A stretch of 64,000 nucleotides of DNA from Candidatus Omnitrophota bacterium (GTDB taxonomy: Bacteria > Omnitrophota > Gorgyraeia > Duberdicusellales > 4484-171), in the NCBI GenBank assembly GCA_024231025.1, contig JAAEQW010000341.1, forward strand, positions 54,155 to 118,154, in the 5' to 3' direction. The position numbers and the translations under genes were made by a program. Under the pieces are notes generated by a model. That model worked only from the letters and a program-made list of their open reading frames with translations, ran no database searches and was not told the origin of the DNA. This document shows, piece after piece, positions 35,008 to 43,664 of this stretch; position 1 is the first letter of the stretch, and the number at the start of each line of letters is the position of its first letter.

Positions 35008-36519
35008 TTAATCTTCGTGACGGCGTTCGCTTCCACGTCGCTCATCTGCCTCTCTTTGTGCTTGACGTCTTTCTCCTCTTCGTCTCTCAATTTGAGCACG
35101 GATATCATAAGCTTTGTCCTCAGAGATCTTAAAAGTTACAATAATGAGAACAGCAATCGTCGAAGTAACAACGGGGATACCAACGTCACAGATTCGCATC
35201 CAGAATAAAGCACTGACTGATTGGTTTAATTCCAATGCAACATCAAAACCTACCATGTTAATTAAGAAACCGGAGATAAGCGATGAAAGGGCTACCCCCA
35301 GCTTAACCATCCACCAATAAACAGCACTAAATGTGCCTTCGCGACGTTCTCCAGTTTTTAACTCGTCAAGATCACAAACATCAGCAACCATAGAATTCAT
35401 AAGCACAAAAAGAGATCCTAACCCAAAAGCTATAAAAGGAGCGCTAATTAATAACAGATAAGGGTTATTGGGATTATAGGCAATCCATTTTAAGGCATAG
35501 CCAAAGATCGAAATAGGGATTGTAATAAAAAAAGTCTTTCTTTTGCCTATATGTGTTGCTAGCCATGAAGTTAAAAATATTACTCCCACGCTACATAATG
35601 CACTAAATGAACCATACCAACCCAGCAACTTACCGCCTTGTGAATAAGCCTCGCCCATAGAGCCAGCCCCTTGGAAAATGTAGTAGAAAACAATATAGGC
35701 AGTGAAGGCAGATGCAAGCATAAACCCGCCAAAAATCAACAATGTAGCACCGCAAAGCTTTACAAAAGGCAAACACTGAAATGATGTAGCTACACCACTA
35801 AAAAACTTTTTTGTGACATTTTTAGCACCGCTAGTATCTGGTTTTGGTAAATCAGTAAAAAACTCTTTACTAAAAATAGCAGGAAGTACGCCTCCAATTA
35901 TAAGGCAAGCACCGATAACAATAGCAATAACTCGCACTCCATGCACCCCATCAGTAAACCAGGCTTTATTATGCATAATCATCCAGGTCCAAGGTGCGAT
36001 AAACCAAGGTAACTGACCAGCAAAACTGCTGACTGCCTGCAGACGTGTCCGTTCATGGTAATCCGGCGTCATCTCGTAGCCTAAAGCGATCCAGGGAATA
36101 GAAAATACTGTGAAGGCCAAGAAAAATAAAAGCTGAAAGAACAAAAAATAACCAACGTAAAACATTTCGCTTCTGCCCTTATACAATTGGAACATAAGAG
36201 CAAACAAAATACCGCCTAAAATAGCACCGACAAGTATTAACGGTCTGCGTCGACCCCAACGTGTTCTAAGATTATCTGAAAAGTATCCAGTGATAGGATC
36301 GGATATAGCATCAACAATACGCGGAAGAAAGCCAATAAAGCCGACTATCGCCGGATTTACGCCCAAGCCAAGGTTTAAAATCATAACCATTTGCCCAATA
36401 AAAGCTGCCTGGGCAGTATTAGCAAATGATCCCATACTGTAGGCTGTTTTTTGGAAGATGGAAACGCGGTCTTCACGTTTCGTAACGTGGTGATGCGGCT
36501 TACTAGCTACTTGCTCCAT
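35008..36519 (-). CDS. MFS transporter of the GPH (glycoside-pentoside-hexuronide:cation symporter) family
   Basis: GPH signature DAISDPITGYFSDNLRTRWGRRRP; 12 TM; charged Arg/Glu-rich C-terminal tail. Confidence 0.75.
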   Translation of the reverse strand: MEQVASKPHHHVTKREDRVSIFQKTAYSMGSFANTAQAAFIGQMVMILNLGLGVNPAIVGFIGFLPRIVDAISDPITGYFSDNLRTRWGRRRPLILVGAILGGILFALMFQLYKGRSEMFYVGYFLFFQLLFFLAFTVFSIPWIALGYEMTPDYHERTRLQAVSSFAGQLPWFIAPWTWMIMHNKAWFTDGVHGVRVIAIVIGACLIIGGVLPAIFSKEFFTDLPKPDTSGAKNVTKKFFSGVATSFQCLPFVKLCGATLLIFGGFMLASAFTAYIVFYYIFQGAGSMGEAYSQGGKLLGWYGSFSALCSVGVIFLTSWLATHIGKRKTFFITIPISIFGYALKWIAYNPNNPYLLLISAPFIAFGLGSLFVLMNSMVADVCDLDELKTGERREGTFSAVYWWMVKLGVALSSLISGFLINMVGFDVALELNQSVSALFWMRICDVGIPVVTSTIAVLIIVTFKISEDKAYDIRAQIERRRGERRQAQREADERRGSERRHED

Positions 36520-36586
36520 TGATTTCCTCCTAATAATCCCAAAAAAATTAAAATAAACCCCGATTTATAAGGCTATATTATAACAA

Positions 36587-36943
36587 ATGGCAATGCAAAT
36601 GACAACTAGTTTCAGTTGTCCTGCTGTCTGTGGTTACAGGGTTGATTATTTTCGGGGATTCTCTATAATGAAGGAAAATAATGTAAAAAATCAATATGAT
36701 CACGTTGAATTAGATCAATACATTGTAATGCCTAACCATATTCATGGCATAATAAATATTGTAAGGGCGGCAGATCTGCCGCCCCTACAAAATAATGATA
36801 ATCGATCGAAAATGATATTATCCAAAATAATCCATGGCATTAAATCTACCTTCTCCTTTCTTTATCAGGATAGGCGATTTTCGCCTATCCTGATATTATC
36901 TTTGGAAACTGGATTCCCAGCATTCAAAAAGTTTGCTTTTTAG
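36587..36943 (+). pseudogene. RAYT (TnpA_REP, IS200-like HUH transposase) fragment: middle part only, with embedded GC palindrome
   Basis: VELDQYIVMPNHIHGIINI (HUH motif) ... LSKIIHGIKSTF; palindrome AGGGCGGCAGATCTGCCGCCCCT at 36764..36786 inside the reading frame; N-terminal part is not RAYT-like. Confidence 0.5.
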
Positions 36944-37009
36944 GTAAAAACGTGCTAAATTTACATAAAAGACCTATAAAATATAAAAATTTGGACTTTC
37001 GCATATTAA

Positions 37010-37453
37010 TTGTTATGTTTAAAAACAAGGAAAGAAATGATTAAAAAATATTTAATTTTACTTATTTCAATTTTATTTATTGGTTGCTCTTTAGCGCAAG
37101 ATAATATAATCGATACAGAAGAAAAATGGAAAACTATCGTAAAAACAGAAAATTCGGGAAAATTCATTCTTATAGGAACCTTTCAAGATCGTAGCCAACT
37201 TAAACCTGGGGGGTTACGTGCATATTCTTCAGGAGTTTTGCACATTGGATCAGAAAAAATACCTATCCCATATTCTGACAATTATAAAAGTATGAACCTA
37301 GAACAATATAACAATAAAACTGTTAGAATGGAAGCTACTGTTCAGATTTTAGAAGAAAATGGGGACCCTTATCCAGAATTGAATCCCGTATCTTTTGAAA
37401 TGTTTAAAAATAGCATTAATAATATTAAAAAAATTGAGGAAATGAAAAATTGA
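37010..37453 (+). CDS. hypothetical lipoprotein
   Basis: MIKKYLILLISILFIGCS lipobox. Confidence 0.5.
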   Translation: MLCLKTRKEMIKKYLILLISILFIGCSLAQDNIIDTEEKWKTIVKTENSGKFILIGTFQDRSQLKPGGLRAYSSGVLHIGSEKIPIPYSDNYKSMNLEQYNNKTVRMEATVQILEENGDPYPELNPVSFEMFKNSINNIKKIEEMKN

Positions 37454-37506
37454 AAACATAACAACGCACTCCAGCTGACCAAAACCTGCGGTTTCGGCAG
37501 CTGAGT

Positions 37507-37960
37507 TTGAATGTTATACCCAACCAACAAATGCAACAATTTAAAACCAGAAGATCTACCCGATTAAAAAATTATGATTATTCCCTGAATGGTTATTATT
37601 TCATCACGATATGTACACATGAACACGCAAATATATTTGGTGAAATAATAAATAATGAAGTATCCGTAGGGGCCGATGGCTGTCGGCCCTCTATAGATGT
37701 AAAATTAAATGAATTTGGTTTAATTGTTGATGACGAATTAAAAAATTCTGAAATTATTCGAAACGAAATAAAATTAAACACATAATCATGCCTAATCATA
37801 TTCACGCAATTGTTATAATTCAAAATAATATCATAAAGGGCCGACAGCCATCGGCCCCTACAGATAAAATTAATCAAAATCAATCAATCTCAAGAACCTA
37901 TTTGGCAACGTAATTACCATGACCATATTATTCGAACAAAACATCATTAAACAAAATACG
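37507..37960 (+). pseudogene. RAYT (REP-associated tyrosine transposase) gene, frameshifted, with two embedded inverted GC palindromes
   Basis: N-terminus RRSTRLKNYDYSLNGYYFITICTHEHANIFGEI (TnpA_REP signature); in another frame IMPNHIHAIVI (HUH) and C-terminal WQRNYHDHIIR. Perfect 25-bp inverted repeat GTAGGGGCCGATGGCTGTCGGCCCT at 37666..37690 and its reverse complement at 37837..37861. Confidence 0.6.
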
Positions 37961-37994
37961 TGAATATATAGCCAGTAATCCCACAAATTAGCAA

Positions 37995-38279
37995 TTGGAC
38001 GCAAATAATATTAAAAATTATTCTGTAACCATATACGCAAAAAATAGGGAAAATATATTTGGTGAAATAAAAAATACAAAATATGTAGGGGATGGGCTTG
38101 CCCCATCCCGTATAGAATATCCTTACATAAAATTATCAATAGTCGGAACAATAATCAATAACCAATGGAATTACAAAACTACCCCCCCCTTACAACCACT
38201 TAATCAGCTCAGACAATTTCTGCTTTTCTTTAGGTTCAACTGGTTTGGCAGGATATCCAAGAGCAATAACGCTAACTAA
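37995..38279 (+). pseudogene. RAYT N-terminal fragment (third degenerate copy) with embedded GC palindrome
   Basis: NRENIFGEIKNTKYVGDGLAPS parallels ANIFGEIINNEVSVGADGCRPS of copy 2; palindrome GTAGGGGATGGGCTTGCCCCATCCCG at 38086..38110. Confidence 0.4.
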
Positions 38280-38681
38280 GCGCTCATCGCCCTCAGCTTG
38301 CGCAAAGGATGCAACTTCAGTGGAATAATCTTTCTTGTCACCGGCTATCCAGCAAGTTCCAATATCAAGGGCAGTAGCTGCAAGTAAAATATTCTCCGTT
38401 GCAGCCGAACAATCTTCAATATAATATTTAGTATCAACAGATAGCACCACTATCGCAGCGCTAGCACCAATCATAAACGCGCCATTAGGTGAAACCAGCT
38501 TGGCCAGCTGCTGAATCCGTTCTTTACCGGTAACAACCACAAACCGCCATGGCTGAACGTTGCGTGCAGTCGCGGCCAACCGCCCAGCATTTATAATTTT
38601 TTCAATACTCTCACGCGATATTTCTTTTTCACTATATTCACGCACTGAAGTCCTCTTGCTTATAACATCAAAAAAATCCAT
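38190..38681 (-). CDS. nitroreductase-family flavoprotein
   Basis: ISKRTSVREY ... ARNVQPWRFVVV and the C-terminal conserved core of the nitroreductase fold; 163 aa. Confidence 0.75.
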   Translation of the reverse strand: MDFFDVISKRTSVREYSEKEISRESIEKIINAGRLAATARNVQPWRFVVVTGKERIQQLAKLVSPNGAFMIGASAAIVVLSVDTKYYIEDCSAATENILLAATALDIGTCWIAGDKKDYSTEVASFAQAEGDERLVSVIALGYPAKPVEPKEKQKLSELIKWL

Positions 38682-38689
38682 ATTACTCC

Positions 38690-39163
38690 TTATCTTTTGA
38701 ATTCAACAATTATCACTCTTTCAACCGTTGACCCAGCCTTTAAACATTGCCCGATCGTCTCACGAGCAATAATGGCGGCACGATTTTTAGGAAAATGATA
38801 AACACCAGTAGAAATACAAGGAAAAGCAATTGATTTTAGCTTGTATTCATTTGCAGTGTGCATACAATTGCGATAGCATGCGCAAAGTAAGGCATCTTCG
38901 TCTTTCTCACCACCGTGCCAAACCGGACCAGGGGTATGAATCACATACTTAGCTTTTAAATTGTATCCTTTGGTAATTTTGGCCTCTCCGGTTTTACAAC
39001 CACCAAGACTGCGACATTCGACAAGCAATTGGGAACCGGCAGCACGATGAATAGCTCCATCGACTCCGCCTCCACCTAAAAGAGAAGTGTTGGCAGCATT
39101 AACAATGGCATCAACTTCGCAATCAACAATATTTCCAGTAATAACCTCTATTCTACTATCCAA
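38690..39163 (-). CDS. Macro-domain protein (O-acetyl-ADP-ribose deacetylase, YmdB/MacroD-like)
   Basis: VDAIVNAANTSLLGGGGVDGAIHRAAG is the Macro-domain ADP-ribose-binding signature. Confidence 0.8.
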   Translation of the reverse strand: MDSRIEVITGNIVDCEVDAIVNAANTSLLGGGGVDGAIHRAAGSQLLVECRSLGGCKTGEAKITKGYNLKAKYVIHTPGPVWHGGEKDEDALLCACYRNCMHTANEYKLKSIAFPCISTGVYHFPKNRAAIIARETIGQCLKAGSTVERVIIVEFKR

Positions 39164-39168
39164 TGGTC

Positions 39169-39603
39169 CTATTCCTTAGAATATTTATCAAGAATTCTCT
39201 TAATGTCCTCTAAAGGGTTTCCCTTCCTGACGTATTCATCTGCTCCTAATGCCTTAACAAAAAAATCTTCTATTTCAGGATAACCAGTAAGTATCACTGT
39301 CTTTATTGCCATCTCGTGTTCTTTCACGTATTTAACCACTTCTAAACCAGTTAATCCTGGCATATCCTGATCCAAAAACGCTAAGTCATAATCATTCTTT
39401 TTTATCTTTTTTAAAGCTAATTGGCCATCATAAACAACATCCACATCATGCCCCCTTTTACTCAACAGAGCTTCTAATGCTCCCGCTGCATCTTTGCGAT
39501 CGTCTGCAACAATAATTTTCATAACGCTATTCCCCTTCTTGTATTTTATTATCCGTTTATTTTCGATACCACGACTTCCATCCGAGCGCACGAACAAAAC
39601 CAT
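39169..39603 (-). CDS. stand-alone response regulator receiver domain (likely start MKIIVADD near 39522)
   Basis: MKIIVADDRKD ... DLAFLDQDMPGLTGLEV ... REC-domain pattern. Confidence 0.75.
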   Translation of the reverse strand: MVLFVRSDGSRGIENKRIIKYKKGNSVMKIIVADDRKDAAGALEALLSKRGHDVDVVYDGQLALKKIKKNDYDLAFLDQDMPGLTGLEVVKYVKEHEMAIKTVILTGYPEIEDFFVKALGADEYVRKGNPLEDIKRILDKYSKE

Positions 39604-39973
39604 AATATAATTTGGCTGATCTAAAATTATTTTTCTTTAAAATGCTATAAAATTCCTGATCCACCTCTTTACGCTTAACAATTGCCCGCAATTCCTTGGT
39701 AAACTGATAAAAAACATCATGAACTAAAGAGGCATGATAAGTCTTGCTTACCCCCGTTTCTGCATTTAATACTGCTTCTGGCGTACCCAAGCACACATCA
39801 AACACCTTTCCTTTAGGACTGCACCCATCCCAACAATATCCCCCTTTGTAGGTGCCATTGATCGTCACTGTTCCGTCTTCCTCCAACTTCATCCACTCAT
39901 TCTCAAACTTTCTGCCCGTAATCGCCGACTTATGAACAAAGTCTTCATTTATTCGATATAAATACACCCCCAT
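39557..39973 (-). CDS. hypothetical protein (138 aa)
   Basis: ORF; Cys-containing GGYCWDGCSPKG segment; no confident family call. Confidence 0.4.
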   Translation of the reverse strand: MGVYLYRINEDFVHKSAITGRKFENEWMKLEEDGTVTINGTYKGGYCWDGCSPKGKVFDVCLGTPEAVLNAETGVSKTYHASLVHDVFYQFTKELRAIVKRKEVDQEFYSILKKNNFRSAKLYYGFVRALGWKSWYRK

Positions 39974-40008
39974 ATCCTTCTCCTTTTATAATACTGCTAC
40001 CTTATTTT

Positions 40009-40551
40009 TTATAAAACACAATAAAAAATTTCTGACTCATACGGCGGAGGATATCCACCTTCGCCTTTACCATCATTGTCGCAATCTAAAAATTGACCAC
40101 CAGTGCCTTTAAGGGTTCCCCCCAAATGCAATTTATGCGGACCTTCATTGGCCCAACCATTAGATTGCCAGGTAATATGGCTACCCGACACTTGCATGGT
40201 TCCTGGATCTTGATAAGAATCGCGCCAGAATCCATCCTGACCGCGCCTCAATACTCTAAAATTATGACCCCAATTAATGGAACTTTGATCAACATTCTTG
40301 TTAAAGTTAATATCAATCTTCATAGCTGATACATTACCAACAACCACATAATTAAAACTGGAATTTATAACTTGAAACGACACATTAAGCTTTGTTGCCC
40401 CTTTAATTAACGGTGCTTTAGGTTTACCATAACCAATTGCTGGCTGATTCATCTGCTTACTTTGCCAAGTTGGCGGTTCCGCCTGCAAAATTATGCCAAC
40501 AAATAAAAAACTAATTAAAATCAAAACCACTCTCAAACGCTTCTCTTTCAT
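40009..40551 (-). CDS. hypothetical secreted protein
   Basis: Signal peptide MKEKRLRVVLILISFLFVGIILQA. Confidence 0.5.
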   Translation of the reverse strand: MKEKRLRVVLILISFLFVGIILQAEPPTWQSKQMNQPAIGYGKPKAPLIKGATKLNVSFQVINSSFNYVVVGNVSAMKIDINFNKNVDQSSINWGHNFRVLRRGQDGFWRDSYQDPGTMQVSGSHITWQSNGWANEGPHKLHLGGTLKGTGGQFLDCDNDGKGEGGYPPPYESEIFYCVL

Positions 40552-40741
40552 ACCTCCTCCTTCTCTCTATTCAATTATAACACCTACCGCATCGGTTCAT
40601 TTTACCATAACAATAAAGCGTATGTCTAAAAAAATATCACCCCCAAATTACTGGATTATTTCAGGTTGATTTGATAAAAAAGAACCGATTTGCTGTTGGC
40701 TCTATATTTGGTATAATGTTCTGACATTTTATGAGGCTAAT

Positions 40742-41776
40742 ATGAGCAATAAAACCCTAAAAATCACCATTGGAAGTATTAACGTTTCTATTGAAACCAA
40801 CAATCAAAGATACTTTGACTATTTAAGCTGGTATTTCAAAGGCTCACCCGCATCGATTGATACTCCAACTCCAGTTGATATCAAGATTAATTGGGTAAAA
40901 AAATTAAAATCTAAAAATCTTGCTCTGAGAATTGGAAGTAACACCTACCAAGATAAAAACGCGTTAGAAATAACTAGGAAAATTGCTAAAAAAGAAAAAG
41001 TGTTATTCAACGCTGTTTTAGAAAAAAACAAACTCATCTTGAATATTAATGTTAAACGAAAACGTGAAGACATCTTGCGCTATAGATTTGCTCCTGAAAA
41101 AATAAACAGCCTCTTCTTTGAATTAACTTTCCCCTTTCTTTACTATCCAGCATTTTGGTATGCTCAATATTTCCTAAACCAGCACCTCCTTCATGCTTCG
41201 GCTGTCGAATGTAATGGCAAAGGAATTATCATATGCGGACTGGAAGGAATCGGCAAAACCAGCTTGGGCCTTGGATTGCTAGATGATAATGCGAAATTCT
41301 TATCCGACAATCTTGTTTTTTATGATGAAAATGATATTTACTCTTGCTATGAGTGCGTGCGCCTTAATAAGAATACCGAAACCGTTCCTTGGCAAAATAA
41401 ATTTAAAAAGATAAATCGCGGCAAAAATTTAAAAGACTTTTATTTACCAACTGAAAATTTTAATATTAAAAAAACAAAACCAACAATTTTTCTATTCCCT
41501 TACTTTAGTAAGCAATATGAAACCAAAGAAATTGATGCCAAATGGGCTGCCAACTACGCTATACTGCTAAGTCATTTGCCATCGGAGCTGAACAATTACA
41601 GCCAATTTCGTAACTCATACAATCTTTTTGATTTAAATTCAAATTTACCCCTCAATGCACAAGTAACATTAGAAAAACTACTCGCTAAAACCAGGAACTT
41701 TATGGTAGGGATGCCAAAACAAGACGGTTTAGAAAAAAATATCACCCGAGTAAAGGAACTGATATCTCATGTTTGA
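40742..41776 (+). CDS. HPr-kinase C-terminal-domain-like (HprK-related) P-loop protein
   Basis: LHASAVECNGKGIIICGLEGIGKTSLGLGLLDD matches the HprK_C Walker-A region. Confidence 0.55.
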   Translation: MSNKTLKITIGSINVSIETNNQRYFDYLSWYFKGSPASIDTPTPVDIKINWVKKLKSKNLALRIGSNTYQDKNALEITRKIAKKEKVLFNAVLEKNKLILNINVKRKREDILRYRFAPEKINSLFFELTFPFLYYPAFWYAQYFLNQHLLHASAVECNGKGIIICGLEGIGKTSLGLGLLDDNAKFLSDNLVFYDENDIYSCYECVRLNKNTETVPWQNKFKKINRGKNLKDFYLPTENFNIKKTKPTIFLFPYFSKQYETKEIDAKWAANYAILLSHLPSELNNYSQFRNSYNLFDLNSNLPLNAQVTLEKLLAKTRNFMVGMPKQDGLEKNITRVKELISHV

Positions 41777-42863
41777 TAAAATAACCCCTATTGATTCAAA
41801 ATGGAAACGTTACTTATTTTCTTATGCTTCTATTGGGCGTAAAGATATTGGGTTTTACTCTAATTTCGGTCATGGCGATAGTGGTGACGATGCATTTTTG
41901 TATCAAGCTCAAGATTTGTTAGACACTAAAATATTACCAATGTCGAAACGTTGCTACACTTTTAATCCGCACCGATTAAAAGCTTTCCTTCTTGGCGGAG
42001 CTAGTTTATTTCATTGGCAAGCCCCATACATCCCGAGGCGATTATTAAAAAAGAAGAAATGGCCGTTTCCGGTAATCTTATATTCTGCCGGTATAAATTG
42101 CGACTATGGCGCATCTTTTTCCCAAGAAAGCTTAGATAAAATACATTCACTTTGTTCTTTAGCTGATTACATTACTGTTAGGGACTTATTAACAAAAGAA
42201 TTCATAGCAAATTTAGGATTTCCTAATGCTGAGATATTACCTGATTTAGAGCTAATGGTAAGACCAAAAAAAACAACCCCAATCAAAACAAAAGATCACA
42301 AAACCGTAGGCATTACATTAACACCTCATTCTGCCTTTAACGAAGAAACATTCAAAAAAATAGAAGATCTATTTGTTGATTTTACTAATTGGCTTACTGA
42401 TAATAAGTATACTGTGCTATTTATACCTTTTGACAGTTTAGATTCTGAGTCTACGCGTGAGAAAAAATTGCTGGATAGTATTTTAAAACGCATCAAGAGC
42501 CCGATTAACGCGTCATCGGCCAATGCAGATCTTTCACCAGAAGAAATACTAAACTTAATACAAACTCGGTGTGACTTTATGGTGTCAATGCGTTTACACA
42601 GTGCAGTTTTTGCGGTAAATGCTAACGTTCCTTTCTTTTGCTTATCTTACAATATGATGCATAAAGGATTTTTACAAGAAATCTCACTTAATGAATTGGA
42701 ATTACCATTAAGCCATGTTTCATCAACGCAAAAGCTTCAAGATAAATTTCAATTCATAGTTAAAAATTCATTGCAGATCAAACGACAAATGACCTCACAA
42801 AAAATCAGACTTTGCAATGAAATCACCAAACAAAACGAGATAATAAAAAATCTCCTCAAATAA
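41769..42863 (+). CDS. polysaccharide pyruvyl transferase family protein
   Basis: MVSMRLHSAVFAVNANVPFFCLSYNMMHKG resembles the pyruvyl-transferase RLH...A...G.P...Y..K signature; 8-nt overlap with upstream gene. Confidence 0.5.
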   Translation: MFDKITPIDSKWKRYLFSYASIGRKDIGFYSNFGHGDSGDDAFLYQAQDLLDTKILPMSKRCYTFNPHRLKAFLLGGASLFHWQAPYIPRRLLKKKKWPFPVILYSAGINCDYGASFSQESLDKIHSLCSLADYITVRDLLTKEFIANLGFPNAEILPDLELMVRPKKTTPIKTKDHKTVGITLTPHSAFNEETFKKIEDLFVDFTNWLTDNKYTVLFIPFDSLDSESTREKKLLDSILKRIKSPINASSANADLSPEEILNLIQTRCDFMVSMRLHSAVFAVNANVPFFCLSYNMMHKGFLQEISLNELELPLSHVSSTQKLQDKFQFIVKNSLQIKRQMTSQKIRLCNEITKQNEIIKNLLK

Positions 42864-42926
42864 CCAGCCTCCCCTGCCTTATTTTCATTATTAGACAATT
42901 AATTGCGTATTGGCTAATTTTTACCC

Positions 42927-43006
42927 ATGTACACCGCGTAGGTGTACATAATTTTGTGAGTTATTTCAAAGGAAACCCGTGTACACCGCGTAGGTGTACA
43001 CGGGTT
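42927..43006. terminator. two tandem palindromic hairpins (GTACACC-gcgta-GGTGTAC at 42927..42947; 15-bp stem AAACCCGTGTACACC/GGTGTACACGGGTTT at 42972..43006); bidirectional terminator between convergent genes
   Basis: Perfect palindromes read directly. Confidence 0.6.
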
Positions 43007-43012
43007 TATGGA

Positions 43013-43636
43013 TTATTTAGGGGTTGTAGTGGGTTCGGTATTAGCCTCTGCAGCCGACAAAGCACCGGATGCGTCGATTTCTCCGTCAAAGTCGCTGTCT
43101 TTTTCATAACGGACGGCAATACCATTTTCGTAAAAATGAACTATGTCAAAAATACCATCAAAGTTGCTATCGATACCGGATCGAGAAATACGGTTATTTT
43201 CGAAATTACTTCTTAGGTATAATTTACCGTTGTTGGCATAAAGCTCGCCAAAAATAAGTGTTTTATCTTTGGTATACATAAAAGCGTTTTGATATTCTTC
43301 TTTTTTAGCTCCGCTTACCGACAACGTCGCCTGCTTAAGTACTTCTTCACCGGCAATCTTGATTATCTCCCCTTTATCGTAAGTTGCTTCTGTTGTTTTC
43401 CCATCAAGAAGCGTAATCATCTTATCTAATGAACCATCATCGTTCCAATGCAAAGAAATGGTATAGTTGCCTTTTTCATCATACTGAATTTTTTCCACGT
43501 TGCCCTTGGCCTCGACCTTTGATTTTCCCTTGGGTTTGTCTTTAGGCTTGTCTTTGGAACCGCATGAAATAAAAGTTAAAAAATAAACAGCCACCACCAA
43601 AACAATTGCTACACTTTTAATTTTACCTGTTTTCAT
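43013..43636 (-). CDS. hypothetical lipoprotein, immediately downstream of (likely co-transcribed with) the giant gene
   Basis: MKTGKIKSVAIVLVVAVYFLTFISCG lipobox; 28-nt gap to the giant ORF. Confidence 0.55.
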   Translation of the reverse strand: MKTGKIKSVAIVLVVAVYFLTFISCGSKDKPKDKPKGKSKVEAKGNVEKIQYDEKGNYTISLHWNDDGSLDKMITLLDGKTTEATYDKGEIIKIAGEEVLKQATLSVSGAKKEEYQNAFMYTKDKTLIFGELYANNGKLYLRSNFENNRISRSGIDSNFDGIFDIVHFYENGIAVRYEKDSDFDGEIDASGALSAAEANTEPTTTPK

Positions 43637-43664
43637 AAATACAACTCCTCTTTAAATAGAACCT

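Noticed and set aside
37666-37861. Perfect 25-bp inverted repeats 145 bp apart interpreted as an invertible promoter/shufflon switch or a MITE insertion
   Set aside because: The flanked segment encodes the RAYT HUH motif in the same orientation and frame context as the flanking RAYT parts, so it is not a simple insertion; no invertase is adjacent. Reported instead as in-gene REP-like palindromes
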